From: Octopus sinensis
Taxonomy: Eukaryota
Assembly (NCBI RefSeq): GCF_006345805.1
Contig: NC_043002.1
Location: forward strand, 434,001 to 498,000
DNA length: 64,000 nucleotides
Reading direction: 5' to 3'
The notes under the pieces: generated by a model
Seen by the model: the letters and a program-made list of their open reading frames with translations, nothing else
Told to the model about the DNA's origin: nothing
Database searches by the model: none
Made by a program: the position numbers and the translations under genes
Shown here: positions 25,290 to 37,800 of the stretch, in pieces
Numbering within the stretch: the stretch's first letter is position 1
Layout: every line of letters begins with the position of its first letter

Positions 25290-26200
25290 AGCCTGGGTCA
25301 CCAGAATGTAGTGATAAAATGGGAAATTTAACCGCAGTACAAAAAATGTCTTCATTTTCCAAATGCAATTAAGTTGGTGAAGCTGGTTCAAGGGAAAGCT
25401 ACTGTTCTTTGACGGGGGTCACCAAATGTAGTAGTTAAGGTGTATATCAGAAAGCTACATCATCAATGAGTGCAAGTCCGAAATTTTGGAAGAACTGGTC
25501 ACAGAAAGGAAGGGATTTGTAGGGGGAACGGCTGGCGGCACTGTTGATACTGTTGAATATGTATGTGGTACCTCGGCTATTTTGTCAGCTAGCTTTGCCA
25601 GTTCCTCAATGGAAGAGGATTCTCGTGTGGAAGCAAGGACCATTTGTGTGTTGGAGGGCAGACGCTGGAGAAAAAGCAGCTTAAAACTCTTTTCGGGGAG
25701 GATTTCATCTCCAAGAAGCTGCTTCATTCTTTGTAGAAGTTGGGAAGGCACTCTATCGCTCAATTCTTCCAATGTAAGGAGCTGGTGAAGTCACTTTTGT
25801 TGGGACTCTGAAGTTCTGTTGATTAGAGTGGTTTTGAAAGTGTCGTATGACACAGAACCGAGTGGTGCCATAATGAGATCACGGACCACGTTCATGATCT
25901 CTGGTGATAGGGAACCAATCACATGCATAAGTCAAGATGCATCACTCACTATTTGGTTGGAAGAAAACTGGGCCTCTATATGGTGAAACCATAATACAGG
26001 GTCGTGTGACAAAAATGGGGGAATTGCCGTCTTGCATGCCATGTCAGCTGTGGATGTGTTTGCTGCTGGGTTGTGTTTTGGGAGAGCCATTATGTGCGGA
26101 ATAATAGCAGGAATTTTCCAGTTTTAATTCACTGCCAGGTGATGTGAAGGCTGTGAATCTTTGACAGGGTCACCAAATGAAGCAGGCTAGATGCGGTGTT
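25290..26200 (-). mobile_element. Gypsy (Mag-like) LTR retrotransposon remnant: PBS plus truncated gag
   Basis: gag from ATG 26042 reads MACKTAIPPFLSHDPVLWFHHIEAQF...PSQLLQRMKQLLG...LFLQRLP...LAKLADKIAE, with stops. TGGTGACCC PBS-like motifs at 26167, 25414 and 25295. Confidence 0.75.
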
Positions 26201-26321
26201 CCATATCAATTCGATATAATGTAGCCCACTACTGAATGTAGCATATAGATGTAATGCTTCAAGGTTCTCCCATCGGAGTAACCAGTGTACATCAAAGAAT
26301 TAACTGCAAGAAGGAAGAAAT

Positions 26322-27660
26322 CATCATCATCATCGTTTAACGTCCTCTTTCCATGCTAGCATGGGTTGGACGATTTTGTCTGAGGGCTGGCGAAACAGAT
26401 GGCTGCACCAGGCTCCAATCTTGATCTGGCAGAGTTTCTACAGCTGGATGCCCTTCCTAAAGCCAACCACTCCAAGAGTGTAGTGGGTACTTTTTACGTG
26501 CCACCGACACGAGGCCCAGTCAGGCGGTACTGGCAACGACCTCGCTCGAATCTTTTTACACGTGCCACTGGCACAGGTGACAGTGAAGCGACGTTGGTAA
26601 TGATCATGCTCGAATGGTGCAATCTTTATGTGCCATGGGTACGGAAGCCAGTTGGCTGCTCTGGCAATGATCATGCTCGGATTGGCACCCTACTAGCACA
26701 TGCTCAAGTGCCAGTAAAGCAACACTGGTAACAATCATACTCGAATGGTGCCCTTTTATGTGCCACTGGCATGGAAGCTGCTCTTTGGACCCCGCTAGCA
26801 CCGATGCCAGTCATCTAATTTGATTTTGATTTCACTTGCCTCAACAGGTCTTCACAATCAGAGTTTAGTAACCAAAGAAGGAAAAGGTACGCATAAGCGG
26901 GCTGGTTATGCTCCTGGCATCGGCCACAGGTGATGGTCTCATTTGGCTTGCCGGGTCTTCTCAAGCACAGCATATTTCCAAAAGTCTTGATCGCTAGTCA
27001 TTTCCTTGGTGAAGCCTAATGTTCGAAGGTTGTGCTTCACCACTTCATCCCAGGTCTTCCTGGGTCCACCTCTTCCGCAGGTTCCCTCAACCACTAGGGT
27101 GTGGCACTTTTTCACACAGCTATCCTCATCCATTCTCGCCACATGACCATACCAGCAGTCATCTCTCTTGCACACCACATCTGATGCTTCTTAGGTCCAA
27201 CTTTTCTCTCAAGGTACTTACACTCTGTCAAGTATGCACACTGACATTACACATCCATCGGATCATACTGGCTTCATTCCTTGTGAGCTTACACATGTCC
27301 TCAGCAGTCACAACCCATGTTTCACTGCCATGTAGCATGGCTGTTTGTACAAAGCGCCATACAGTCTACCTTTTACTCTGAGTGAGAGGCCCTTTGTTAC
27401 CAGCAGAGGTAATAGCTCTCTGAACTTTGCCCAAGCTATTCTTATTCTAGCAGCTACACTTTCAGTACACCCTCCTCCACTACTGACTTGGTCACCTAGG
27501 TAACGGAAGCTATCAACTACTTCTAGTTTTTCTCCTTGGAATGTGGCAGAAGTTGGTCTCTGCGCATTTTCGGTATTTATTGCTCCCGAGCATCTTCCAC
27601 ATACAAAAACTATCTTCCCAGTTAGCCTTCCTTTGATATTACTGCACCTCTTATGTGTCC
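26322..27660 (-). mobile_element. RTE LINE 3' part
   Basis: (CAT)n tail, about six UTR modules and ORF WYGHVARMDEDSCVKKC...EKTRQAK*. Confidence 0.88.
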
Positions 27661-28744
27661 ATAGTTTACACTGGGTACATTTACATATATCTATTCATTT
27701 ACCCATAGGGTTTTACAGAGACAGTAGCAGTTCTAGTGATAGTGATGACAAGGATGACACGCTGGTTAGTAGTTGATATGTAGAAAAAGGTTGTCTATTA
27801 GTAGAGAGGGAAAGAGTAAGGTAGTTATGGTGCTGACGAGAAAAGAAGAAAGGGTAAAGGCGGCATCACCTTTCTTACAGTTGAAAGCCTCTCTTACCAT
27901 GTGGAGCAAAGGGCGAAAGGAAGTGCTGCTTTTGGTTAAGGCTGATGCAAAAGCAGGTGTTGCTCCTTGGTCTGGCTGATACCTAAGAGCAGGTATTGTT
28001 CCTTGGTTATAGCTGACACATAAGAGGAAGAGATAGAAAATTCTCTCTGTTATAGAGGCTATGGTCAGTAATGTAGGTCAAACCTTAAACAAAAGACTGA
28101 CCTTTCCTTGACCAGTACAAGTCCTGGGGGTGGAGTGTTTCCTCATCAATCAACTAGTGTGGAGGATTTCCCGCTCATTTTGATAAGCAACAAGCTGATG
28201 GATTTGGTTTCAAATCTCAGGCAGGGTCAAGCTAGACCCCCACAAGCTCTTCAATCACAGTCCAATGCAGCTAATAGTTGCACTTTCACAAGGCCATACA
28301 GTTCTAATAATGAATTTCATTAATCTCTCTACATGACTGGTCTTCATTAACTCAACCTCAAGTTTGACCCAATGAATTTCGAACTTTGAACCTAAAGTGC
28401 TATAATCAATTATTTCAATTGTCATATCTGTTATTCCATCATAAAAGACATAGTGACCATTTACTGATAGATTTAGATAGAAGCAACTATACAAAACTAG
28501 AAAATATTTAAAAAAAAAAAGAAAATATACCAGTATCAATTTTTCTGTAACATTTTTCAAAAATCATGAAGAGTTGCATGTCTATCAAAATCCTATTATC
28601 ATTATATTCTTTGCAATATAAGAGTAACAAAAACGAATGTATCTCTCAAGACAAATGAAAATAAGAATATCTTTTAAATACCCTGCTGTTAATAATGCTG
28701 ACTCCAATCATGATCTTAAATAATAAATAGCAACAAAATCTTAC

Positions 28745-28954
28745 GTATTCAAGATTTTCTTCTAATTCTCTTTCCTTTGCTTCAAGGGCAAGACGACGAT
28801 TAAATCTTTTTTCTTCAACTAAGTTTTCTAAGTTGTTACGAAACTTGTACAAATTTTCTGCTTTTATCTGTTGAATTGTGTCATCTCGTATTCCATCCTG
28901 TCTGCAGATAAGAGCAATTCTCTTTTCTGTCTGCTGCTGATGATGAAGTTTCTT
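28745..28954 (-). CDS. MNS1: MNS1 coding exon 2 (210 nt)
   Basis: Acceptor ttcttcag|AAG, donor TAC|gtaaga. Encodes KKLHHQQQTEKR...VEEKRFNRRLALEAKERELEENLEY, coiled-coil-like. Phase 0 at both ends. Confidence 0.85.
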
Positions 28955-29112
28955 CTGAAGAAATATTAGAGAATAAAAACAAAAAAGAAAAGATGACTTT
29001 AAATACTTAAAAGCAACTGAGAAATCAATGGCTACATTTACATAGTTTAAAATCATTATTTTTAAACTACCAAATCATAAAATCAACACTTACCCATAAA
29101 CCTGAAGTTATC

Positions 29113-29990
29113 CGCATACTCAAAATAGATTCTCTTTCTTTAACTCCCCGCCCATCCGCAAAATATGTTTGTTCCTATATCCCAAATATAAAGGATTTTA
29201 TGGCGGAGGTAAAGAATAAAAACACCACCCATTTTCGACGTAACAAAAACCCCGTTAATATAAAGATCTTCACCCGGGAACAAAAAACGAAAATTAACCA
29301 GCCTGGTGGGTGTTAACAAGTATGTGGAAAACGAATATTTAAAAAAATGCACGCTGACGACCCTGGGGGTAGGGAGGGGACTCCTACCCTTTGGGAAAGA
29401 TTTTCCCCACAAATTACTTTATAATCGTAATGTATGTATGCCATTTGAAAGGTATTTCTATAAAATTTCATCGAAAAAACTCCATTTTCCTTAAAGTTAT
29501 GAGGAAAAAACTCGGATCTTGTGAATTTTCCGAAGTCATTTCCCCACCCTCCCGTTGCTTTGCGCGCATTTTTTTTTTTTTTCATATTCGTTTCCTACAC
29601 ATTTACACCCATTCCAGTATTTGTTCTTACCTGTTTCAGGTGTGTAGGTAAAATCTGCAAATTTCCAAGCAGAAAACAGACTCGAACTGTCATTTGCTTC
29701 CACGGAAATACCCCAAGTGAAGTGTTTTGATTTTGTCGAGTTCTATCGAAGGAATGCCCACTTGTTAACCCCGCCCCCATGCTGGTTAATTTTTTTCTCC
29801 TTATTCCCGGGTGAAGGTCTTTATATTGACCAAAGACCCTAACCACCCAGTGTGTATATTCTTTTCTTACGCCGGATTTTATTATTATATTGAGGGCGGG
29901 GGCAACATAATTTCTTTTCACCATAGCCATATAAACATTTGAATGTTTGTATATTTTTATTATTATAGCATTAACTGGAACTGTGATCTT
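29113..29990. repeat. Dispersed ~0.9 kb repeat; related copies at ~46370-47290 and ~54700-54890
   Basis: Shared blocks such as aaaaactcggatcttgtgaattttc and gtaaaatctgcaaatttccaagcagaaaacag...gagttctatcgaa. Confidence 0.7.
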
Positions 29991-30453
29991 TATTTTTTAT
30001 AAAGGTTAATACATATCTAACACGTGTGTAGATGAGGTGAAAGACAATACATATATAGTACGAAAGAAAGATAATAATAATAATAAGTAAAAGAAGTGGT
30101 GAAAAGAAAATAGCATTAATGCAGAACCAAATTAGTCGCACGTCACCTGCGACGGCGAGAAAATATGGAAAAATATTTTGAAATTCCATTTTATTGCTGA
30201 TCGAATTAAAAACGGTTAAGCTGTTGTAGAAAACGTTGAGAGTTAAAAGCGACAGTGAAGTGGCAACCTCACTTCAATCAGCTGCTAATTTATCCGATCA
30301 ATATTAGAGAATTATAAATTTGAAACACTTTTGTTTTTCCGCCAGTTTTCACGAAAGATCGTTACTGACTTTCGAGACAATGGATATACAGTAAGACGAA
30401 CTGACTGTATCCTCCAAACGTTAAGGAAATAGCAGATAAGACATTTAACTTAC

Positions 30454-30456
30454 CAT
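30454..30456 (-). CDS. MNS1: MNS1 coding exon 1 (ATG only)
   Basis: Minus strand reads ATG|GTAAGT, a perfect donor, inside a CpG-rich non-repeat region. It joins in phase 0 to the exon at 28954. An ATG-only first coding exon matches my recollection of vertebrate MNS1. Confidence 0.75.
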
Positions 30457-30499
30457 GATATAATGTGTATGTATTTAATGAGGGATAAGTGAACAATTT

Positions 30500-30640
30500 A
30501 TAAAAACTTTACGACGAGACGCGTAAGTTTGGAGCAGTTTGCCATGGCTGACGAACACAGCAACCGTTACTAAGGAAGAGGCTGTCACATGATTGCTAGT
30601 GACCAATGACAACAGCTCTCCTGCCAATGGGTCGTCAGGC
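30500..30640 (-). promoter_or_regulatory. Putative MNS1 proximal promoter with X-box (RFX)-like and CCAAT motifs
   Basis: GTTTGCCATGGCTGAC (30537-30552) and GTTACTAAGGAAG (30566-30578) resemble RFX X-boxes. CCAAT occurs twice near 30603 and 30624. Located 80-170 bp upstream of the ATG exon; RFX control is typical of ciliary genes. Confidence 0.45.
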
Positions 30641-31215
30641 AAAAATTACTGTTGAGGAGAGGCAAAATATAGGAAAAACTTGGGACTCCAGAAAACTATT
30701 GCTGGTCTGCATCGCGAAAAATAACATTAAAAGTTTTGCATTTGTTTAGAATGTAAACCCTAGATTTCCACCTTCCCCAATTTCACACAATACCGCCTGT
30801 CAAAACGAGCAGTGTTTGTTATTTGGTAAAAGATAAAGTAAATACTAAGGTGCAGTGCTTAGTGACCGAAGCTAATAAGGAAATAAAAGAATATAAATTA
30901 AAGTTTTGTTCTTAGCTCGTCAATCCAGATTGAGCAAACTTATAACGTAAAGTAATCCAACCGTGGCCTTCCCACCCTTTTCCTAAATCCAAGGTACTCT
31001 GGTTCACATGTAAGATGGTACAGTGAGATTTGGCTAGTTTCTTACAGTTTGAGCAATTACGGAGAGGTTGTTATTAATTTGTGTTAAAGTGAGAAAAGCA
31101 TTATATCATACTAGCATACCGTGTCTGTAAAAATGCCAACAGTTTTATTAATGAGAGAAAATGGCACATCAACACAATGGAAAACCATTAATAATTGTCT
31201 GCAATCTAGTTAAGT

Positions 31216-32259
31216 ACTAGCAGTATAGCCCGGCGTTGGTAAAAGTTATGGTTGAAAATGGGGTGTAGCCAATTTTAGTGGGAAATCCTATAAGGAATCG
31301 GGTTATCGATTTTTAATCCTGATTGAATGGAAAACCGCATAAGGAATCAGTTTATTGATTTTTCACCCCAAATAAGACTTAACCGAACACATCATTGCTG
31401 ATTCAAAACATCTATATACTTTAAAGTTTGTTTTCACATCCAACCCAGTTCTGCAGAATCAGTGTCACAACGGGAACGCATGGGTTGGGAGTTTAACAGG
31501 CAGAGGTGATCAGGTTGCACATGCTGGTCTTTCGAAACCTCCACCCCCATCATCTAATCCCAATGATTTCGGGATGGGGGGTCTTCCCTCGCCCCACCCC
31601 CTTTTTTCCAAACGAAAATAAGGGATTTGCAGCATATTAGGAGGTATTGGTACTTGATTCCAAGCAACAACAAAAAATGCAATTTTTATTTCTTCCTTAG
31701 TGAAAATCATGCAGGCGAAAAGATCAATAGGGGTGGGGGTGAAATTTCCGAGGTTTCCACCTCACCCCACCCCGTTTCTCGGACCCCCAAAAGGGTTTTA
31801 TAGCATATTAGGAGGTCACGGGAATTCATTCAACGAAAAAAAGAAAACAAATTTCCAATGATTCCGGGATGAGGGGGTCCCCTGTCCTACCCCACTTTTT
31901 TCTGAACCAAAATAAGGGATTTGCAGCATATTAAGGGGTCAGAGTACTTGATTCCACACAAAAAATGCGAGTTTTTTTTCCTTAGTGAAAATCGTGCGGG
32001 TGTTAATCTAAAAATTATTTTTCTTTTTCGCCATTGCTAGACAGGGGACATAACTCATGTTAGCAAACTTACGGATTTCACTGACGTGGAAACTGGTAAA
32101 AGTTATCCCTGGCTGCCTCAAGAGAATTAAGTTGACAAAAACACAGCCATGGCGTGACCAATGTCCTCCTAAAATTGGAGCGACATGCATGCTAACTTGT
32201 GAATGTGCATAAATTACATTCATGTACATACACGCATCCTGCCTTTTTTAGATATAGAT
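31216..32259 (+). mobile_element. Longer HINE-like element with the same 5' end and internal repeats
   Basis: Starts ACTAGCAGTATAGCCCGGCGTTG and ends gccttttttagatatagat. An internal block repeats (~31560-31710 vs ~31860-31995). Confidence 0.55.
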
Positions 32260-32419
32260 ATGTTCATAGACACAACTGAAGCACTTGAAGAATCAGACAC
32301 AATTGATACACACACACACACATGTGTATACATATATACATCATCACGAAGTATATATGCATATAGGTATATTTTATAGACATATCTTTCCCTCCTCTCT
32401 CTCTCTATATATATATATA

Positions 32420-33045
32420 TATCGACCTTCGAACTTTAGGCCTCACTGAGGAAATGACCAGCGACCGAGACCTTTGGAAATATGCTGTACGTGAGAAGAC
32501 CAGACAGGACAAGTGAGTCCAGCCCACTTATGCATACCTTTCCTCCCTTGGACACACAAAGACCTGTTGAGGCAAGCGAAGTCAATATCGAACCTCATCC
32601 GACAACAGGCACCCATGCCAACCCCCCTTTGCTTGCAAAGACCTGTTGGAGCAAGTGAAATCGGAATCGAAATTGAACCAATCCTATGACTGGCACCCGG
32701 CAGATGCCAGGACCCCTGGACTGGTGGTACGTAAAAAGCACTATCCGAATCGTGGCCGATGCCAGCGCTGCCTCGACTGGCTTCCGTGCCGGTGGCATGT
32801 AAAATGCACCAATCCGACCATGGCCGTTGCCAGCCTCGCCTGCCACCTGTGCGGGTGGCACGTAAAAAGCACCCACTACACTCACGGAGTGGCTGGCGTT
32901 AGGAAGGGCATCCAGCTGTAGAAACATTGCCAGATAAGACTAGAGCCTGGTGCAGCCTTCTGGCTTCCCAGATCCCCGGTCGAACCGCCCAACCCATGCT
33001 AGCATGGAGAACGGATGTTAAACGATGATGGTGATGATGATGATA
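32420..33045 (+). mobile_element. RTE LINE 3' end
   Basis: gaccttcgaactttaggcctcactgagg..., UTR modules, (GAT)n tail. Confidence 0.85.
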
Positions 33046-33068
33046 TATATATATATATATATACATAC

Positions 33069-33152
<84 letters not shown>
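33044..33152. repeat. (AT)n microsatellite (others at ~797-870, ~4280-4328, ~48810-48910 and ~51893-51940, the last (AG)n)
   Basis: Directly visible. Confidence 0.95.
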
Positions 33153-33155
<3 letters not shown>

Positions 33156-33550
33156 GGTGCAGGTGTGGCTTTGTGGTAAGTAGCTTGCTTACCAACCACA
33201 TGGTTCCAGTTTCAGTCTCATTGCGTGGAACCTTGGGCAAGTATCTTCTGCAGTCTCAGGCCGACCAAAGCCTTGTGAGTGGATTTGGTAGACGAAAACT
33301 GAAAGAAGCCCGTCATATATATGTATATGTATTTCTATATGTGTGAGTGTATGCTTGTGTGTCTGTGTTTGTCCCTCCACCGTTGCTTGACAACCAATGT
33401 TGGTGTGTTTACGTCCCTGTAACGTTGTAGTTCGGCAAAGAGACTGATAAATAAGTACTAGGCTAACAAAGAATAAGCGCTGGGGTCAATTTGTTTGACG
33501 AAAGGCAGTGCTCCAGCATGGCAACAGTCAAATGACTGAAACAAATAAAA
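33153..33550 (+). mobile_element. tRNA-derived SINE with an internal microsatellite
   Basis: A-box tggctttgtggt, B-box-like gtttcagtctc, CORE-like ccttgggcaag, 3' gtcaaatgactgaaac. Homologous to 48637-49063. Confidence 0.8.
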
Positions 33551-33560
33551 CAATATATAT

Positions 33561-33896
33561 ATTGTGTCTGGGGAGAGTCATTCTCTTTTAGTGCCTTATT
33601 ATTTAACACACTCACTGGTAAAGTCTCCCCTCATTTACTTATTTAGAAAAAATAAATAAATATGTAGAAACTTTACCAGTAGTGTGTTAAATAATAAGGC
33701 ACTAAAAGAGAATGACTCTCCCCAGACAATAAAATATGCTTCAACACACAATCTCACACAAAGAATCTTGCAAACCAAAATCCCAAAACGATGTGTATCT
33801 CTTTGTTCTTTGTTTATGTTTTCTCTTTGTTCATGTTTGGATTAACTATATATATATATGATACATATGTGTATATATATCTGTATATGTGTGTGT

Positions 33897-33933
<37 letters not shown>

Positions 33934-34110
33934 GGGAGAATTCACAAAAAAACAAAAGATGAAGACAGGTGGTGTAGACAACAAACAGATGTATTAGTTT
34001 AACGCTCGGGAAGTGAAAAAGTCTTTAAAGTTTCGAACCTATGCTCTTCCACAGAAAGAAACAATGAGAGAAAATAAAGAATGTGTAGTGGCTAGCGATC
34101 TATCACGGTG
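33561..34110. mobile_element. Penelope-like terminal-repeat region with a ~60-bp inverted repeat and a degenerate hammerhead
   Basis: Arms 33561-33624 and 33670-33730 are near-perfect inverses. The same sequence recurs at ~41636-41700. Hammerhead-like layout at 34021-34058 on the minus strand. Confidence 0.55.
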
Positions 34111-34197
34111 AATGCCGGACAGAAGGTTCACACAGGAGAGCTAGGAAGAAGGGGAGATAATAAAGTAGTGTGTGTGTATATATATGTGTGTGTGTGT

Positions 34198-35200
34198 GTA
34201 ATGTCAGTGTGCATATTCGACAGAGTGTATGTACCTTGAGAGAAAAGTTGGACCTAAGAAGCATCAGATGTGGTGTGCAAGAGAGACGACTGCGCTGGTA
34301 TGGTCATGTGGAAAGAATGGATGAGGGTTGTTGTGTGAAAAAGTGCCACACCCAAGCGGTTGAGGGAACCTGTGGAACAGGTAGACCCAGGAAGGTCTGG
34401 GATGAAGTGGTGAAGCACAATCTTCAAACATTAGGCCTCACTGAGGCAATGACTAGTGACCGAGACCTTTGGAAATATGCTGTGCTTGAGAAGACCTGGC
34501 AAGCTAAATGAGACCATAACCTGTGGCCTATGCCAGGGGTGTAACCAGCCCACTTATGCATACCTTTCCTTCTTTGGACACTAAACTCTACTTGTGAAGA
34601 CCTGTTGAGTCAAGTGAAATCGTTACCATGGCTGATGACTGGCATCCGTGCTAGTGGAGTGCTAAGAGCACCATCCAAGTGTGATCGTTGACAGAGCGGC
34701 TAACAGGCGTTCATGCTGGTGGCAAGTAAAGAGCATCATTCGAGCGTGATCGTTACCAGCATCGCCTTACTGGTACTTGTGCCGGTGGCATGTGAAAAAA
34801 CATTCGAGTGAGGTCGTTGCCAGTGCCACTGGACTGACTCCTGTGCAGGTGGCACATAAAAAACACTATTTGAGTGTGGCTGTCGCCAGTACCTATTGCA
34901 CCATCCAAACGTGGCCAATGCCAGCGCCACCTTGACTGGCATCCGTGCTGGTGACTCGTAAAATGCACCAACCAATCGTGGCTGTTTGCCAGCCTCCCCT
35001 GGCACCTGTGCCGGTGACATGTAAAAAGCACACACAACACTCACGGAGTGGTTGGTGTTGGGAAGGGCATCCAGCTGTAGAAACACTGCCAGATCAGACT
35101 GGGGCCTGTTGCAGCCTCCTGACTTCCCAGACCCCAGTCGAACCGTCCAACCCATGCCAGCATGCAAAACAGACGTAAGACGATGATGATGATGATGATA
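34198..35200 (+). mobile_element. RTE LINE 3' end
   Basis: ORF RSIRCGVQERRLRWYGHVERMDE...EKTWQAK*; about six UTR modules; (GAT)n. Confidence 0.88.
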
Positions 35201-35439
35201 TATATATATGAATGTGTGTGTGTGTGTGTGTATACGGAAAGTGTGAACCACTTTGTACCCCTGCCTATAAATGACACTCAATTGCGAGAGTGCCATGCAA
35301 TAACCAGCATTTGGGTGTGAATAATTGGGTACACTACCATCAGTATATTGGATATGTACGATCCCTTAGTTGGTTGGTTTCCCAACCTCTAACTTTCACA
35401 GAAATATGTATGTATGCATATATATAATCTATTTTCTGT

Positions 35440-37800
35440 ACATCTTCAGTGTTTATTGCCCCTCTGCATCCGCCACAAACAAAAACTATTTTCCTGATTA
35501 GCCTTCCTTTGATATTGCTGCACCTTTTATGTGTCCATAGTTTTCACCAGTTACATTGTATGGAGTTGCTACTCATGCCATTTCTGCAGATTGAGCAGAG
35601 TCATCTACCTGAAGGTGATTATGATTTGACAGCCTTCCTACTTACTAGGACTTTGGTTTTTGTTAGATTGATTCAAAGGGTCTTCAATTCTAGACCCTGC
35701 TTCCACACCCTAAACTTCGTCTCTAGTTCTGTCAGTGACTAAGCTATTAGATTAAGGTCGTCAGTATAGATGAGCACCCAGGGGCTCCCTGTCTTGAATT
35801 CCTGTGTTATTGCCTGGAAGACTATAATCAATAAGATGGAGCTGAGGACTGATCCTTGGTGAACCCCTACTTCTACTCGGAATTCTTCACTATACTCATT
35901 GCCAACCCTCACCTTAATGGTAGTGTCCCTGTACAAGGCTTGTGCAGCTCTTACCAACCACTCATCTATCCCCAGTTTCCATATTGACCACCAGATAAGT
36001 GATCAGGGGACCCTGTCAAAGGCTTCTCCAAGTCAACAGAAGCCATGTACAGAGGTTTATCTTTGGCTAGGTATTTATCCTGCAGCTGCTTTACCAGAAA
36101 TATAGCATCATTGGTACTTATGCCTGGCACAAAACCAAACTGCATCTCATCTAGGCTAACTCTCTCCCTGATTAGTTGGGCTATGACCCTCTCTGTAACT
36201 TTTATCACCTAATCCAATAATTTGATACCCCTGTAGTTGTTTCTATCTAAAGCATCACCTTTCCCCTTCTAGTAGTTGACTATGGTGCTGCTACAACAGT
36301 CATTGGGTATGACTCCTTCATGAACTACCTGATTTACGATGCCGATGACAAGACCATAACCCTGTAAGAGTTAGCACTTCCTTCTCTAAGCTTGGATTCG
36401 AAATCAAATCCAAGAATCATCCGTCGTCAAATACCAATGCATGCAAAGGCGCGAAATTAAGAATTCCTTTGTTCTGACAAAAGTGATTGATCATCTCCCT
36501 TTGACCTCCGACCTGAGCCATGTCAAGCGAAGTTCAAGGTGGACGAGCAGTGACCTACTTAAACAATAACTGTCTTGCGATATATCTATTTTTCTGGCTA
36601 TTTGAGATTTTATAAATAGAACGGAAAAATCGGCTATCCAGAGAGAACGGAGCCGACGCCAAAGCAAACACTACGCTTAGTGGAGACGACTAGAGAATAT
36701 GCCTAAAGGTTACTGTCCTGCATGATTTACTCACACACACACACACACACACACACACGCAAACATATTCTTCTTTAATATGTATTCTGTACAAGCATTC
36801 TTTAATATGTATTCTGTACAAGCATTCTTTAATATGTATTCTGTACAAGCAATGCGTAGCATTGCTTACAAATTTATGTAGTGTAAATAAATCTCTATTT
36901 AATCACAAAACAACTTATGTATTTATTAATACATACACACATCCACTACAACCCGCACTGCCAGATATTTTAAGCATCTCAGCAGTGATTCCTGATGGGC
37001 AAAGTGCTTTCCCTGTTTTCATATCCTTAATTGTTTTATCTACCTGGGTACTGTCAATTCAGGTAGCTGGACCCTCTGCTGGGTCAACTCTTAACAGACT
37101 CTCCTCCTCCCACTCATTCTCCACATTCAGCAGTCTTTCATAATGGCATCTCCAAGCCTCTTTCTTTGAATCATTAGACGCAAGGGCACCATCATCCATG
37201 CATACATATTCCTCTCCTATGACATCATGGTTTTCTCTCACAAACCATCTTGCAATCCGAAATACTTCAGTTCTCTGGTGCTCACATCACTGAACATTGG
37301 CAAACTTCTTTTCTGCTATTCCCTTGACTATATATATCTGTCTCTTAGCTTCCCTTTTGGCTATCTGACACACACTCCTGCTGCCCCCACTCTTCCAGGC
37401 ATTCCTAGCTTGCTTCTTTGCTCAAATGGCCCTGTCTACAGTATTGTTCTACCATCGTGTTACCCTAGGTCTGGAAGGGACTTTACACCAGCCACAAATT
37501 TGGTCTGTGGCACTCAGCAAGCTGTCTTGCAGGAATTCCCAGCTACTTTCTATGTCACAGGATTCCCTATCATAAAATTTCTCGGTAAGGATATCCCTAA
37601 ATCTCTGGCCATGTGAAGGGTTCCTAAGCTTCCAAGTCCTTCTTTTCCAGGTTGGTCTGGTTTTTGGCATCCTTCTGGCCTTGAGTCTAAAGTTACTAAT
37701 AACTAGTCTGTGTTAGTGGGTACATGCTTCACCATGGAGGGTCTTTGTATTTAAGAGCAACCATACATCCCACTGTCTGATGAGAATGAAATCAATCTGG
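35440..37800 (-). mobile_element. Decayed RTE LINE interrupted by a solo LTR
   Basis: EMQFGFVPG...DAIFLVKQLQ, VGVHQGSVLS and YTDD motifs. The sequence is collinear across the 36363-36950 insertion. Confidence 0.8.
36363..36950 (+). mobile_element. Solo LTR (588 bp, Gypsy-type) with 4-bp TSD ACCC
   Basis: Termini TGTA...TACA; ACCC at 36359-36362 and 36951-36954; internal TATAAA (~36612) and AATAAA (~36885); contains three copies of a 27-bp tandem repeat (~36770-36850). Confidence 0.85.

Noticed and set aside
30380-30396. Plus-strand ATGGATATACA|gtaaga as the first exon of a divergent gene, possibly spliced to catag|A near 52695
   Set aside because: Weak donor context; the phase match has a one-in-three chance probability and requires skipping a better upstream AG.
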